64,000 nucleotides of DNA from an uncultured Prevotella sp. (lineage in GTDB: Bacteria > Bacteroidota > Bacteroidia > Bacteroidales > Bacteroidaceae), in the NCBI GenBank assembly GCA_944320285.1, contig CALUGX010000127.1, forward strand, positions 14,941-78,940. The letters are read 5' to 3'. The notes beneath the pieces are model-generated. The model was not told the DNA's origin, did not search any database, and saw nothing but the letters and a program-made list of their open reading frames with translations. Position 1 is the stretch's first letter; each line of letters starts with the position of its first letter. The position numbers were made by a program, and so were the translations under genes. Positions 19,477 to 30,518 of the stretch are shown in pieces.

Positions 19477-21372
19477 TCAAAATTTTTGTTCGTATTTGTA
19501 AACGTCCTCAATATACTTCACAAAGGCTCGGTTGACTAACTTGACACCTCCCGGAGTTGGATAATTCCCAGTGAAATACCAATCACCCTTATGACCCGGT
19601 ATCGCCTCATGCAACCCTTCTATCGATTGAAACACAAGCTCAACCGGAGTTGTCATGCCGTCAGGACGCAGTATCTCAACAATCTTCCGGTTAATTTCCT
19701 CAACTGTGAACGGTTTGTAGATGTCACGAACATAATTAACCATATTTTCTTTGGGTTTCTTCAACTCATCCTTACACTTATTATATGTGTCTTCAATGAG
19801 TTGGTACATTCCCTTTTCTTTCAACAGTTCGATAGTCGCACGGAATACGCAAAATTCTTCCAGGCTCGGCATATCTATTCCGTAATAATCGGGATAACGT
19901 ATCTGCGGAGAACTGCTGACTATTACTATCTTCTTGGGATGCAAGCGGTCGAGTATCTTTAATATGCTTTCTTTCAATGTCGTTCCACGCACGATGCTGT
20001 CATCAATTATTACAAGGTTGTCCTTGTGCGGTTCCAATGACTCGTAAGTAACATCATAAACGTGTGACGCCAAATCGTTACGCGAAGCTCCTTCGGTTAT
20101 GAAAGTGCGCAGCTTGATGTCTTTCCAAGCTATCTTCTCGCTCCTGACATATTGGTGCAACACCGAGCAAAGTTCTTCGTAAGAAGGTTTATGGTCCATT
20201 TCCATTATGGACTTTATTTTCTGCTCGTTAATGTAATGCTTGAAACCTCCCAGCATTCCATAAAAAGCCACTTCAGCTGTGTTGGGAATGAACGAGAACA
20301 CCGTGTGGTCCATATCATAGTCCACAGCTTTAAGTATCGTAGGTGTGAGTTGTTCGCCAAGTTTCTTGCGCTCTTTATAAATGTCACGGTCTGAACCACG
20401 GCTGAAATAAATCCTTTCAAACGAACATTTTGCATCACCACGTTGTGCCAAAATACGTTCGGTAAAACTTTCCCCGTTCTTCCTTACGATTAAGGCACAG
20501 CCAGGATCTAACTCCTTGATTTCATTACATTCCAAATCAAACGTTGTTTGAAGCACCGGACGCTCACTGGCAACAACAACAATTTCATCATTCTTATACC
20601 AGAATGCCGGGCGTATTCCCCAAGGGTCGCGCATTGAGAACATTTCACCGCTGCCGGTTATTCCGCACATCACATAGCCTCCGTCGAAATCAGCCATCGT
20701 TGACTTTAAGACATTGCTCATCTTGATATTATCCTCAATGTAGCGTGTTATCTTTTGATCCCTCAAACCTTTAGCACGTCCGCCAATGAAATTGCGTTCA
20801 ACTTCACGGTCAAGCCTATGCCCCATCAGTTCCAAAGTAATATAACTATCGCTGTATATTCTCGGCGACTGCCCCTGCCTTACAAGTTTGTCGAAAATTT
20901 CATCAATATTCGTCATATTGAAATTTCCGCACAGACACAAGTTTTTAGCTCTCCAGTTGTTCCTACGCAAAAAGGGATGTACATATGAAAGACCACTTTT
21001 ACCTGTTGTGGAATAACGTAGATGCCCCATATACAATTCCCCAGCAAAAGGCAAATTTCTCTTTGCGTAATCAACGTCGGCTAACTGGTGGGCAGATAAT
21101 CCCTTGAACTTTTTTTGCACATTGCCGAATATCTCGGTAATGGCATTTGAGCCCTCGGCACGTTCACGAAACATATATTCCGAACCTGGAACGGCGTCAA
21201 GATTGACACAAGCCATACCTGCTCCTTCCTGTCCCCTATTATGTTGCTTCTCCATCATGAGATAGAGCTTATTCAGTCCGAACATCCATGTTCCGTACTT
21301 CTGCTGATAGTAGTCCAATGGTTTGAGCAACCTCACCATCGCAATACCACATTCATGCTTCAATGGTTCCAT
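19477..21372 (-). CDS. purF: Amidophosphoribosyltransferase
   Basis: HECGI N-terminal nucleophile, HNRGQEGAG, GHLRYSTTG and IIDDSIVRGTT PRT motif. Start moved to MEPLKHEC. Confidence 0.92.
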   Translation of the reverse strand: MEPLKHECGIAMVRLLKPLDYYQQKYGTWMFGLNKLYLMMEKQHNRGQEGAGMACVNLDAVPGSEYMFRERAEGSNAITEIFGNVQKKFKGLSAHQLADVDYAKRNLPFAGELYMGHLRYSTTGKSGLSYVHPFLRRNNWRAKNLCLCGNFNMTNIDEIFDKLVRQGQSPRIYSDSYITLELMGHRLDREVERNFIGGRAKGLRDQKITRYIEDNIKMSNVLKSTMADFDGGYVMCGITGSGEMFSMRDPWGIRPAFWYKNDEIVVVASERPVLQTTFDLECNEIKELDPGCALIVRKNGESFTERILAQRGDAKCSFERIYFSRGSDRDIYKERKKLGEQLTPTILKAVDYDMDHTVFSFIPNTAEVAFYGMLGGFKHYINEQKIKSIMEMDHKPSYEELCSVLHQYVRSEKIAWKDIKLRTFITEGASRNDLASHVYDVTYESLEPHKDNLVIIDDSIVRGTTLKESILKILDRLHPKKIVIVSSSPQIRYPDYYGIDMPSLEEFCVFRATIELLKEKGMYQLIEDTYNKCKDELKKPKENMVNYVRDIYKPFTVEEINRKIVEILRPDGMTTPVELVFQSIEGLHEAIPGHKGDWYFTGNYPTPGGVKLVNRAFVKYIEDVYKYEQKF

Positions 21373-21456
21373 CGTATGCAAATTTAAAAGCTCGCAATAA
21401 ATCCTTTTACCAAAATGGCACACGGATATTACCACACGGCTTCCATTTATTAAAAA

Positions 21457-23301
21457 TTACTCTACTGTTACTGATTTAGCAAGGTTTCTTGGCTGATCAA
21501 CATTTTTACCCTTACACACAGCTATATGGTAAGCCAACAACTGCAAAGGTATAGTTGCCAGCAACGGCTCCAAACATTCGTGTGTGTCAGGCAATTCTAT
21601 TGTCTCATCAACTATCTTATTTATCGTTTCATCACCTTTCGTAACTAAAGCTATTACTTTTCCCTTTCTTGCTTTTATTTCTTGAATGTTGCTTAACACC
21701 TTCTCATACATAGAATTACGTGTCGCTATTACTACCACAGGCATATCAGAGTCTATCAGGGCGATAGGGCCATGCTTCATTTCAGCAGCAGGATAGCCTT
21801 CAGCGTGTATGTAGCTGATTTCCTTCAGCTTTAATGCCCCCTCCATAGCAACCGGATAATTATAGCCACGCCCAAGGTACAAGAAATTACGTGCGTATGT
21901 GAATATTCTGCTCAATGAGGCAATCCGTTCATTAAGTTCCAAAGTCTCTTCTATTTTCTTAGGTATGAGGCTCAATTCCTTAACTATGGCATAATACATT
22001 TCATCCTCAATCAAACATTTTTCCTTAGCCAAAGCCAATGCAAGCATTGTCAAGACTGTAACTTGGCCTGTAAATGCCTTTGTCGAAGCCACACCTATTT
22101 CTGGCCCCACGTGTATATACGAACCGGTGTCGGTAGCACGAGGAATGCTCGAACCTATAACGTTACAAATTCCATAAATAAAAGCTCCACAGCTTTTTGC
22201 CAACTTAACAGCGGCCAAAGTGTCCGCAGTTTCCCCACTTTGGGATATGGCAATCACCACATCGTCTTTTTTTACGACAGGATGCCTATATCTAAATTCA
22301 CTTGCGTATTCAACCTCTACAGGTATTCGGCAGAGATTTTCTATTATTTGCTTACCAATAAGGCCGGCGTGCCAAGACGTGCCACAACCAACTATGATTA
22401 TTCGCTTTGCAGCCAATAATTGTTTTTTATAGTCGATTACGGCACTCAGTGTTACATTTGTGGCCTCAACATTCACGCGCCCCCTCATGCAATTAGTAAG
22501 GCATTCAGGCTGTTCGAATATCTCCTTAAGCATAAAATGAGGGAAACCACCCTTCTCAATCTGTCCCAAATCCAAATCAACGGTTTGGATTTTCGGGCAC
22601 AGCTCACGGTTCAGTATGTTCACAACCTTAAGGTCTTCACCTTTTCTCATCACTGCAATACTGCCATCTTCAAGATAAACAACCTTGTCTGTGTACTCAA
22701 CTATCGGACTTGCATCCGAAGCAAGAAAAAACTCATCTTTTCCGACACCAATCACTAACGGACTTTGCCGGCAAGCAGCGATTATCTGGTTGGGCTCACG
22801 TTTGTCAAGTAAAGCCACTGCGTATGCACCTATGACTTCATGCAAAGCCAGCTGCACTGACGTTAGAAGATCAAAATTCTTCTTCGTCTGTATATATTCT
22901 ATCAACTGGACTAACACTTCCGTATCAGTATCTGAGCGGAATGTCAATCCCTTAGCCTGCAACTTTTTTTTCAGGTCCGCATAATTCTCAATTATGCCAT
23001 TATGTATTATCGCAAGATTTTTTGATTCAGAATAATGCGGATGCGCGTTAATTGACGATGGCTCGCCATGAGTGGCCCACCGCGTATGTGCTATTCCGAC
23101 AGTGCCGGACACGTCCTTATCCTTACAAAAATAATCAAGGTCGGCAACTTTTCCTTTTGTCTTGTAAACGCTCAGACCACCGCCAACATTAAGCAAAGCC
23201 GTCCCCGCACTGTCATATCCACGATACTCAAGACGGTTAAGCCCCTTTATCAGGATAGAATAAGCCTCTTTGTTACCAATATACCCAACAATGCCGCACA
23301 T
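21457..23301 (-). CDS. glmS: Glutamine--fructose-6-phosphate transaminase
   Basis: MCGIVG, LEYRGYDSAG, HTRWATHG, SQSGETAD and PRNLAKSVTVE motifs. Confidence 0.99.
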   Translation of the reverse strand: MCGIVGYIGNKEAYSILIKGLNRLEYRGYDSAGTALLNVGGGLSVYKTKGKVADLDYFCKDKDVSGTVGIAHTRWATHGEPSSINAHPHYSESKNLAIIHNGIIENYADLKKKLQAKGLTFRSDTDTEVLVQLIEYIQTKKNFDLLTSVQLALHEVIGAYAVALLDKREPNQIIAACRQSPLVIGVGKDEFFLASDASPIVEYTDKVVYLEDGSIAVMRKGEDLKVVNILNRELCPKIQTVDLDLGQIEKGGFPHFMLKEIFEQPECLTNCMRGRVNVEATNVTLSAVIDYKKQLLAAKRIIIVGCGTSWHAGLIGKQIIENLCRIPVEVEYASEFRYRHPVVKKDDVVIAISQSGETADTLAAVKLAKSCGAFIYGICNVIGSSIPRATDTGSYIHVGPEIGVASTKAFTGQVTVLTMLALALAKEKCLIEDEMYYAIVKELSLIPKKIEETLELNERIASLSRIFTYARNFLYLGRGYNYPVAMEGALKLKEISYIHAEGYPAAEMKHGPIALIDSDMPVVVIATRNSMYEKVLSNIQEIKARKGKVIALVTKGDETINKIVDETIELPDTHECLEPLLATIPLQLLAYHIAVCKGKNVDQPRNLAKSVTVE

Positions 23302-23309
23302 AAACCACG

Positions 23310-24107
23310 TTATCTTATCACGTTAACAACCAACGACGCCACAGAAGTAACAACACTCAGCACAGAAAACCAGATTGTAACACTGGAACCGATAGCTGAG
23401 TTCTGTGCCTGCACCTTGTTAGGCTCAACATAAACATAATCGTTCTGCTGAAGATAATAATACGGTGAGTTTATAATATTGGCATCATTAAGGTTCAATC
23501 TGTGAAACGACTTCATACCTGTAGAATCCTCACGTATGAGCAAGACGTTTTCACGCCTACCATAGATTGTCAAGTCACCGGCTCGTGCCAAGGCCTCAAT
23601 TATACTGATTTTTTCTTGGTCTACGTTAAAAACACCGGGAGATTTCACCTCTCCGGCAATGGTTACTTTAAAGCTCGCCATTTTTACCGTCACAATCGGG
23701 TTCTCTGTCTTCGACATATATGGCAGGATTTTCTCCCTGATGTAACTTTCACACTGGCGTTTAGTCATACCGCCTACTTTCAACTGCCCTACTACCGGGA
23801 AATTGATAAATCCGTCATTGTCTACAAGGTAAGTCTGTAACGATCCGGCTCCAGTGTATAACGTACCTGTTGAATTAAGTGTATTGGTTACTGACAGGTT
23901 AAACGGCGTCGCTGCCTTCGGATCCGTTGTACTTACTGTAATTGTGAGCAAATCTTTAGGCATAATCCGGGCGTCAAACAATCCTTTTGAAGCGGAAACA
24001 TTAACCGAGTCTGTGTTTTGGAAATACGCAATGTGTTTGCTGCTTGCGCAACTGCCCATCAAAATACACACCACGGCTCCAAACGCCGCATACAGGATTT
24101 TCTTCAT
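23310..24107 (-). CDS. Polysaccharide export outer-membrane lipoprotein (Wza/Poly_export + SLBB)
   Basis: Lipobox LMGSC, D.L.ITV, YLVDNDGFINFPVVG, GEVKSPG, GDLTIYGRR and LQQNDYVYVEP motifs. Confidence 0.9.
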   Translation of the reverse strand: MKKILYAAFGAVVCILMGSCASSKHIAYFQNTDSVNVSASKGLFDARIMPKDLLTITVSTTDPKAATPFNLSVTNTLNSTGTLYTGAGSLQTYLVDNDGFINFPVVGQLKVGGMTKRQCESYIREKILPYMSKTENPIVTVKMASFKVTIAGEVKSPGVFNVDQEKISIIEALARAGDLTIYGRRENVLLIREDSTGMKSFHRLNLNDANIINSPYYYLQQNDYVYVEPNKVQAQNSAIGSSVTIWFSVLSVVTSVASLVVNVIR

Positions 24108-24197
24108 AATCAAGTTTTATTGTAATGAAATCGTAAAACTTTGCAAAAATACTCTTATTTTCCGAGACTTACAAATATTTCAAAAATTAAATGACGA

Positions 24198-24240
24198 AAA
24201 AGCCCCTCTTGTTTGCTTTATAGCTTACAAGAGGGGCGTC
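24198..24240 (-). terminator. Intrinsic terminator of uxaC
   Basis: GCCCCTCTTGT / ACAAGAGGGGC 11-bp stem. Confidence 0.7.
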
Positions 24241-24246
24241 AATCAT

Positions 24247-25650
24247 TTAGAACTTAAAATAATTCTTTGCGTTGTAATAGCTGATGTCTTCAACCATCCT
24301 GTATAATGTTTCCTTGTCGTCGGGGAGCAATCCTTTCTCTACGTCGTTACCAAGAAGATTGCAGAGCAAACGACGGAAATATTCATGACGCGGATAAGAA
24401 AGGAACGAGCGGCTGTCTGTAAGCATACCAACAAAGCGACTAAGAAGGCCGAGCACTGACAATGCGTTCATCTGCCTTGTCATTCCGTCAAGCTGGTCGT
24501 TAAACCACCATCCGCTACCAAACTGTATCTTGCCTGGGCACGAGCCATCCTGGAAGTTCCCAAGCATCGTTGCTATCACTTCGTTTGCACACGGGTTCAA
24601 CGTATATAATATGGTACGCGTTAATTTTCCTTCTGCGTTCAAGTGGTCGAGGAAGTGGCTCATGGCCTTGGCCGTATTGAACTCGCCGATTGAGTCAAAA
24701 CCTGTATCCGGGCCAAGTTTCTTGAACATAAGACTATTGTTGTCGCGTATGGCACCGTAATGGTATTGTTGTGTCCAGTCGCTTTCATGGTCCATCTCTG
24801 CAAATACAGTCAACATACAATGCTTAAACTGGCGTATCTCAAGCTGCGAAAGGTCTTGCCCCCTCATGGCTTTCTCGAAGATAGTCTCTATCTGGCTGTC
24901 GGTGTACGGTTCATCATAGAACTCCTCTATTCCGTGGTCTGACAGACGGCAACCGTTCTCATTGAAGAAATCATGACGTTTTTGCAAAGCGTCTACCAAG
25001 TCTTGGAACTTTGAAATTGTAACCCCTGCAACTTCTCCCAGCTTAGTAACGTATTCAGCAAAATTCTTGGCGTTGTCAACGGCCATCGCCTTGTCAGGAC
25101 GCCATGCCGGTATCATCTTTATCTCGAAGCCGCTCTCTTTTGTCTGCTTGTGGTACCTCAAGTCATCAACAGGGTCGTCCGTCGTGCAGACACATTCCAC
25201 ATTGTAATGACGCATGAAGCCGCGTGCTGTATAACCGGGCTGTTGTAGTTTTTCATTACACTCATCATAGATTTCCCTTGCCGTTTTCGGGCTCAGCAAC
25301 TTATCAATGCCGAAAGCCGTTTTCAACTCAAGGTGAGTCCAATGGTAAAGAGGGTTGCGATATGTATAAGGAACCGTCTCAGCCCACTTCTCGAATTTCT
25401 CCCAGTCGCTTGTTTCCCTGCCGGTGCAATATTTCTCATCAACGCCGTTAGTGCGCATCGCACGCCACTTATAGTGGTCACCACCCAACCAAAGTTCTGT
25501 AATACTTTTAAATTTATGGTCATTAGCGACCATCTCCGGTATCAGATGGCAGTGATAATCAATGATAGGCATTTTTGCCGCATGATTATGAAATAAGTCC
25601 TGTGCTGTTTCCGTTTCCAACAGGAAATTTTCATCCATAAATTTCTTCAT
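24247..25650 (-). CDS. uxaC: Glucuronate isomerase
   Basis: IIDYHCH, GDHYKWRAMR, WWFND and TDSRSFLSYPRHEYFRR motifs. Confidence 0.98.
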   Translation of the reverse strand: MKKFMDENFLLETETAQDLFHNHAAKMPIIDYHCHLIPEMVANDHKFKSITELWLGGDHYKWRAMRTNGVDEKYCTGRETSDWEKFEKWAETVPYTYRNPLYHWTHLELKTAFGIDKLLSPKTAREIYDECNEKLQQPGYTARGFMRHYNVECVCTTDDPVDDLRYHKQTKESGFEIKMIPAWRPDKAMAVDNAKNFAEYVTKLGEVAGVTISKFQDLVDALQKRHDFFNENGCRLSDHGIEEFYDEPYTDSQIETIFEKAMRGQDLSQLEIRQFKHCMLTVFAEMDHESDWTQQYHYGAIRDNNSLMFKKLGPDTGFDSIGEFNTAKAMSHFLDHLNAEGKLTRTILYTLNPCANEVIATMLGNFQDGSCPGKIQFGSGWWFNDQLDGMTRQMNALSVLGLLSRFVGMLTDSRSFLSYPRHEYFRRLLCNLLGNDVEKGLLPDDKETLYRMVEDISYYNAKNYFKF

Positions 25651-25779
25651 GATTGTTTTTCTTTTAAATAGTTAAGTTATATGCTGTAGTTCATTCTTTT
25701 AATTTATGCAAATATACGGCATTTTTTTTGATTTAAGACGATTTTAAGCTATATTTGCACAAAATAAAATACATAAACG

Positions 25780-26838
25780 ATGTTAACCACCGCTCACACT
25801 ACAAAAAAAAGAAACAACCGTGTCCTGTTGATATATACCGGCGGTACTATCGGTATGGGAAAAAATCCCGAAACCGGGGCACTGGAACCTCTCGACTTAA
25901 ACCATTTGGTCAGTTGCCTGCCTGAGTTCTCAATGATTAAGACTGGCATAGAAACTTATCAATTCACCCAGCCGATTGACTCAAGCGATATGTCACCACG
26001 CCTTTGGTCACAATTGGTAAGGATTATCGCCGAACGATACGACCGTTACGACGGTTTCGTAATCCTGCACGGCACGGACACTATGGCATACACGGCCTCG
26101 GCATTATCATTCATGCTTGAAAACCTTACAAAACCTGTAATCCTGACAGGCAGCCAGCTGCCTATCAACCAGCTACGCACCGACGGAAAGGAAAACCTGA
26201 TAACAAGCATAGAAATAGCATCGGCCGCGCACGATGACGGAACAGCCATTGTGCCGGAAGTGTGTATTTATTTCAGCGGGAAACTGTTGCGCGGCAACAG
26301 GGCCACAAAAAACAACGCAGACGGTTTCAATGCTTTTGAATCATTCAACTTTCCACATCTTGCCGAGGCGGGGGTAAACATTATTTACCATGAAGAATAC
26401 ATCCTTAAGCCTGATTTTGACAAACCAATGACGCCGCACACGGCGATAGACCCCAACGTCGTGGTGTTCTCGCTCTTCCCTGGACTGCAAGAGCAAATCA
26501 TCCACCACGTACTCGATGCTCCGGAACTAAGATCGATTGTAATGAGGAGTTTCGGCAGTGGCAACGCCCCAAAGCGTCCGTGGCTCATAAGACTGCTGCA
26601 AAAAGCCAATCAGAAAGGCGTAACCATAGTCAACATTAGCCAGTGTCTCGCCGGCAGTGTAGAAATGTCGCGTTACGACACGGGCTACACGCTCAAGTCC
26701 ACCGGTGTTATAAGCGGCTTTGACAGCACTGTTGAATGTGCTGTAACAAAACTGATGTGCCTGCAAGGACGTTTTACCGACAATAAACAGGTAAGGAACT
26801 ATATGAGCAGGGCACTTTGCGGGGAAATTACGATTTGA
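25780..26838 (+). CDS. ansA: L-asparaginase type I
   Basis: YTGGTIGM, HGTDTMAYTASALSF, LTGSQLP and FGSGN motifs. Confidence 0.95.
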   Translation: MLTTAHTTKKRNNRVLLIYTGGTIGMGKNPETGALEPLDLNHLVSCLPEFSMIKTGIETYQFTQPIDSSDMSPRLWSQLVRIIAERYDRYDGFVILHGTDTMAYTASALSFMLENLTKPVILTGSQLPINQLRTDGKENLITSIEIASAAHDDGTAIVPEVCIYFSGKLLRGNRATKNNADGFNAFESFNFPHLAEAGVNIIYHEEYILKPDFDKPMTPHTAIDPNVVVFSLFPGLQEQIIHHVLDAPELRSIVMRSFGSGNAPKRPWLIRLLQKANQKGVTIVNISQCLAGSVEMSRYDTGYTLKSTGVISGFDSTVECAVTKLMCLQGRFTDNKQVRNYMSRALCGEITI

Positions 26839-26881
26839 CAAAACAACATTTGACGCTTACCGCTTGTAAACCAATAATTAC

Positions 26882-26921
26882 AATAAATAAAGGCCTGCTT
26901 GAAGGTAGGCCTTTATTTATT
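26882..26921 (+). terminator. Intrinsic terminator of ansA
   Basis: AATAAATAAAGGCCT / AGGCCTTTATTTATT 15-bp inverted repeat. Confidence 0.75.
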
Positions 26922-27123
26922 GTCTGCAAAAGATTAAGCCAAAATTCTACTTAAAATATAATAAAAAGGAGCGTTATTTTACGCCTATTCGATTAAATTA
27001 TGTATTTTTGCAGTAAACAAAGCCAAAGGCTTATTATACGGCAAGTGACATAAGACTTCACAGTCGTAAAAATGCGATAGGCTTTTAATAATTAACTAAC
27101 ATATCAAAAAAAGCAAAAACATC

Positions 27124-27663
27124 ATGGAACTGAAAGGAACAAAGACCGAGAAAAACCTGCAAGAGGCATTCGCAGGTGAGTCACAGGCACGCAACAAGTA
27201 CACTTACTTTGCTTCAAAGGCAAGGAAAGACGGATACGAGCAGATCGCCGACCTGTTCGAGGAGACAGCACGCAACGAGAAAGAGCACGCTAAACTGTGG
27301 TTCAAGTATCTTGAGGGCGGCGACATCAAAGACACCGCAAGCAACCTTGAGGCAGCCGCCGCTGGCGAAAACTACGAGTGGACTGATATGTACGACCGTA
27401 TGGCCAAGGAAGCCGAAGAGGAAGGTTTCAAAGAAATTGCAGCCAAATTCCGTATGGTGGCTGCCATCGAGAAATCTCACGAGGAGCGTTACCGCAAGCT
27501 GTTGAACAACGTAAACGAGGCCAAAGTGTTTTCAAAGGACGGCGAGTGCGTATGGGTATGCGCTAACTGCGGCCACATCGTTATCGGCAAGAAAGCCCCG
27601 AAGATCTGCCCCGTTTGTAATCATCCGCAGAGCTTCTTCCAGGTTAAAGCTGAGAACTATTAA
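27124..27663 (+). CDS. rbr: Rubrerythrin
   Basis: [20 protein letters not shown] and C-terminal CANCG...CPVC rubredoxin domain. Confidence 0.96.
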   Translation: MELKGTKTEKNLQEAFAGESQARNKYTYFASKARKDGYEQIADLFEETARNEKEHAKLWFKYLEGGDIKDTASNLEAAAAGENYEWTDMYDRMAKEAEEEGFKEIAAKFRMVAAIEKSHEERYRKLLNNVNEAKVFSKDGECVWVCANCGHIVIGKKAPKICPVCNHPQSFFQVKAENY

Positions 27664-27685
27664 TTTACTTTGTTGTAAATAAAAA

Positions 27686-27724
27686 GAAAAAGACGGACGT
27701 GCTGTGTGTACGTCCGCCTTTCTT
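27686..27724 (+). terminator. Intrinsic terminator of rbr
   Basis: CGGACGT / ACGTCCG stem with A/T flanks. Confidence 0.65.
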
Positions 27725-27743
27725 GTTTTGTAAACTTTAAACC

Positions 27744-29533
27744 TTAATAATACATATCTATTTCATATAAAGTTTCCCTACAAGAATTTAACAAATCTTC
27801 TCTTGATCGATCCCCTTGTTTTTCAGCCGCCTCATACCATTCACAAGCCTTGCGAAGATAATTTTGATATTTTACAGCATTTTTTACACTATTCTTTGAT
27901 AATGCAGTGTATTTGCCCAACAATAATCACCCATCCAATTTTGCGCATAAACCTCTCCTGCATTTGCTGCTTCAAGATACAAACTGAGAGCTTTTTCTTT
28001 ATTTTTCTTTACGCCTTTGCCTTGATCATAGCAGAAAGCCAAGAGACTTTTAGCTATAACATGGCCTTGCTCTGCCGACTTTGAGAACAATGACACAGCC
28101 TTTGAATAATCTTGTTTCACGCCTCCTTTTCCTAAAAAATAGCTTCCGCCCAAAATGTACTGACTATTTGCATATCCCTGCTCTGCAGGATTAGTCGCCC
28201 ACTTTACTGCTTCAGAAAAATTGCCTTCTTGATAATATATATCAGCAAGCCTGTCCTGCGCATACAAATCTCCTTGCTCTGCTGATTTTGTCCACCAATA
28301 AACGGCAGTTGAAATATCCTGCTTCACGCCTTTACCATAGAAATAGCACTCGCCTAAATCATTGTAGGCCAGAAAATTCCCTCCTTTAGCCGCATTAGTA
28401 AGCCAATAAACTGCTTTGGAGTAATCTTTCTCCACCCCCTCTTCCATTATAATAACAATCAGCCAAAAGCACATGAGGTATATATGAAAAATGATTTTGT
28501 TCTACAGCTTTAGTCAATGTACTGCCTTTGAATAATCCAAAGGCAATTCAGTGCCCAAATAATACATTTCACCCAACCTCTTTTGCGCTAATGCATTGCC
28601 CTGTTCTGCCGCTTTTGTCAGCCAATATTCCGCTTTTTGAGCATTTTCGTATATATTAATATTACCTAATATCCTTTGTGCTTCTGAGTTTCCGGCTTCC
28701 GCAGATTTTGTCAACCAGTTTACAATCTGTAACGAATCCAGTTGTACTCCTTCACCTTCCATATAACAATAGAACAGCTCTAATTGTGCCTCGACATTTC
28801 CGCTTTCAGCCGCTTTCGTATAATAAGATACGGCCTTTGAATAATCTTGCTCAACACCTTTACCATAATAATAACTATTTCCCAGCGTGTTTTGAGCTGC
28901 AACATTACCTTGCTCTGCAGCTTTGGTAAACCAATATATTGCCTTTGATGAGTCTTGTGTAGCGTATTGGCCTTTGGCGTAAAAAACTCCCAACTTACGC
29001 TGAGCACAAGTGTCGCCACGCTCCGCCACCTTAGTCAACCAATATATGGCCTTTACTGTATCGCGCTGAGTGCCTTCGGCTGAATAGCAATTCCATAAAT
29101 AATATTGAGCATCAGCGTTTCCACCGTCTGCCAATTTCGTAAACCACTGAATGGCTTTTGCATAATTTTGATTTAGCCCCTTACCCTTATAATAATTGAG
29201 GCCTAATTCAAACTGGGCCGTTGTATCACCGTTCTCTGCGGCCTTTACATACCAGTATTCATAATTTTGAATATCATTTTTCTTCAAATAATAGTCCCCG
29301 ATAAAAATTTGCGCAGGAGTATAATTTTCTTCCGAAAGCTTCAGCATCTTTTTGCAGGCCTTAAGATAATCTTTATCAGACTTTCCAGACCCTTGCAAAT
29401 CCAACAATATTTTATTATACTTATTTTCAAGTTTAGCCAAATCTTTTTCGCTCTTCACCGATTGAGATAAAGACGAAACACAAACGCCAAACATCAATGC
29501 AATGATGTTAACAACTAATAAAAAACGTCTCAT
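27744..29533 (-). pseudogene. Sel1-repeat exported protein gene (~596 codons) interrupted by three frameshifts
   Basis: Signal peptide, then many AQ..LG..Y..G.GV.QDY.KA..W..KAAEQG repeats. Repeat-like text continues across frame changes near 28515, 28437 and ~27895 to TAA at 27744. Confidence 0.8.
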
Positions 29534-29564
29534 AGTATTTCCTTTCCATTATAAAAAAACTTTT

Positions 29565-30518
29565 TCATTTAGCCTTGGCCTGTTTCTGCCAATATGCAGC
29601 TTCAGAATAACTTTGCCTGACACCGTGGCCTTTCAAATAGCATATACCTAAGTTGTACATGGCAGACAAATGTCCTTTTTCCGCAGCCCGTCTATACCAT
29701 CGCACTGCCTTTGAATAATCTCTTTTTATTCCATGCCCACCTAAGTCGTAACACACACCTATGGCAAACTCGGCATTCACATCACCTTGTTCTACGGCTT
29801 TTTCAAACCAATATATGGCTTTTGGGAAGTCTCTTTTTATACCATAGCCGCCTTTGTGAAATAAATATCCAAGATTATAAAAGGCATTCGCATCACCATG
29901 CCCGGCAGCTTCAGTAAACCAAGTGACAGCCTTCGAGTAATCTTTTGGCGTTCCGGCATCAATTCCATAATAACGTCCGAGATTATTTTGCGCCTTCACA
30001 TTGCCTTGTTCGGCGGCTTTCATATACCAATTAACTGCTCTTGATTTATCTTTTGCGACACCGTTGCCTAAAGAATAACATGAACCCAAGTTATTTTGAG
30101 CGTCAGCATATCCTTGCTTTGCCGACTTCTCAAACCATTGTACGGCTTTCTCGTAATCCTTCTTTACGCCGTTTCCCCAATAGAAGCAATTTGCCAATTT
30201 ATATTGGGCTTCCGCATTACCAAGCCCGGCTGCGCTCGTATAATATTTTACAGCCTTACCATAATCTTTTGGCAGTCCACGGCCATGATAGCAGCAATCA
30301 CCCAAACGGGTCATGGCGATGGCCGAGCCGTTGTTTGCCGCCTGCTCATACTTGCTTACCGCTTCTTTATAATTATTTGCCTTATAACAACTATCAGCAT
30401 ACGCGCAAGTGTACAAATTGACATCTTTCTGTGACGGCTCTGAACTGCAAGCTGACAGCCCATAACACAATGCAGCCACAGAAATCACATGAACGAAAGA
30501 TTTTTCTATCTTTTTCAT
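29565..30518 (-). CDS. Sel1-repeat lipoprotein
   Basis: Lipobox LSAC and about 7 Sel1-like repeats. ATG at 30518. Confidence 0.9.
   Translation of the reverse strand: MKKIEKSFVHVISVAALCYGLSACSSEPSQKDVNLYTCAYADSCYKANNYKEAVSKYEQAANNGSAIAMTRLGDCCYHGRGLPKDYGKAVKYYTSAAGLGNAEAQYKLANCFYWGNGVKKDYEKAVQWFEKSAKQGYADAQNNLGSCYSLGNGVAKDKSRAVNWYMKAAEQGNVKAQNNLGRYYGIDAGTPKDYSKAVTWFTEAAGHGDANAFYNLGYLFHKGGYGIKRDFPKAIYWFEKAVEQGDVNAEFAIGVCYDLGGHGIKRDYSKAVRWYRRAAEKGHLSAMYNLGICYLKGHGVRQSYSEAAYWQKQAKAK

Noticed and set aside
19477-21372. PurF with a propeptide but lacking most Fe-S cysteines (PDYYGID, no C-terminal CxxC)
   Set aside because: Appears to be the usual Bacteroidota form, not specific to this window.
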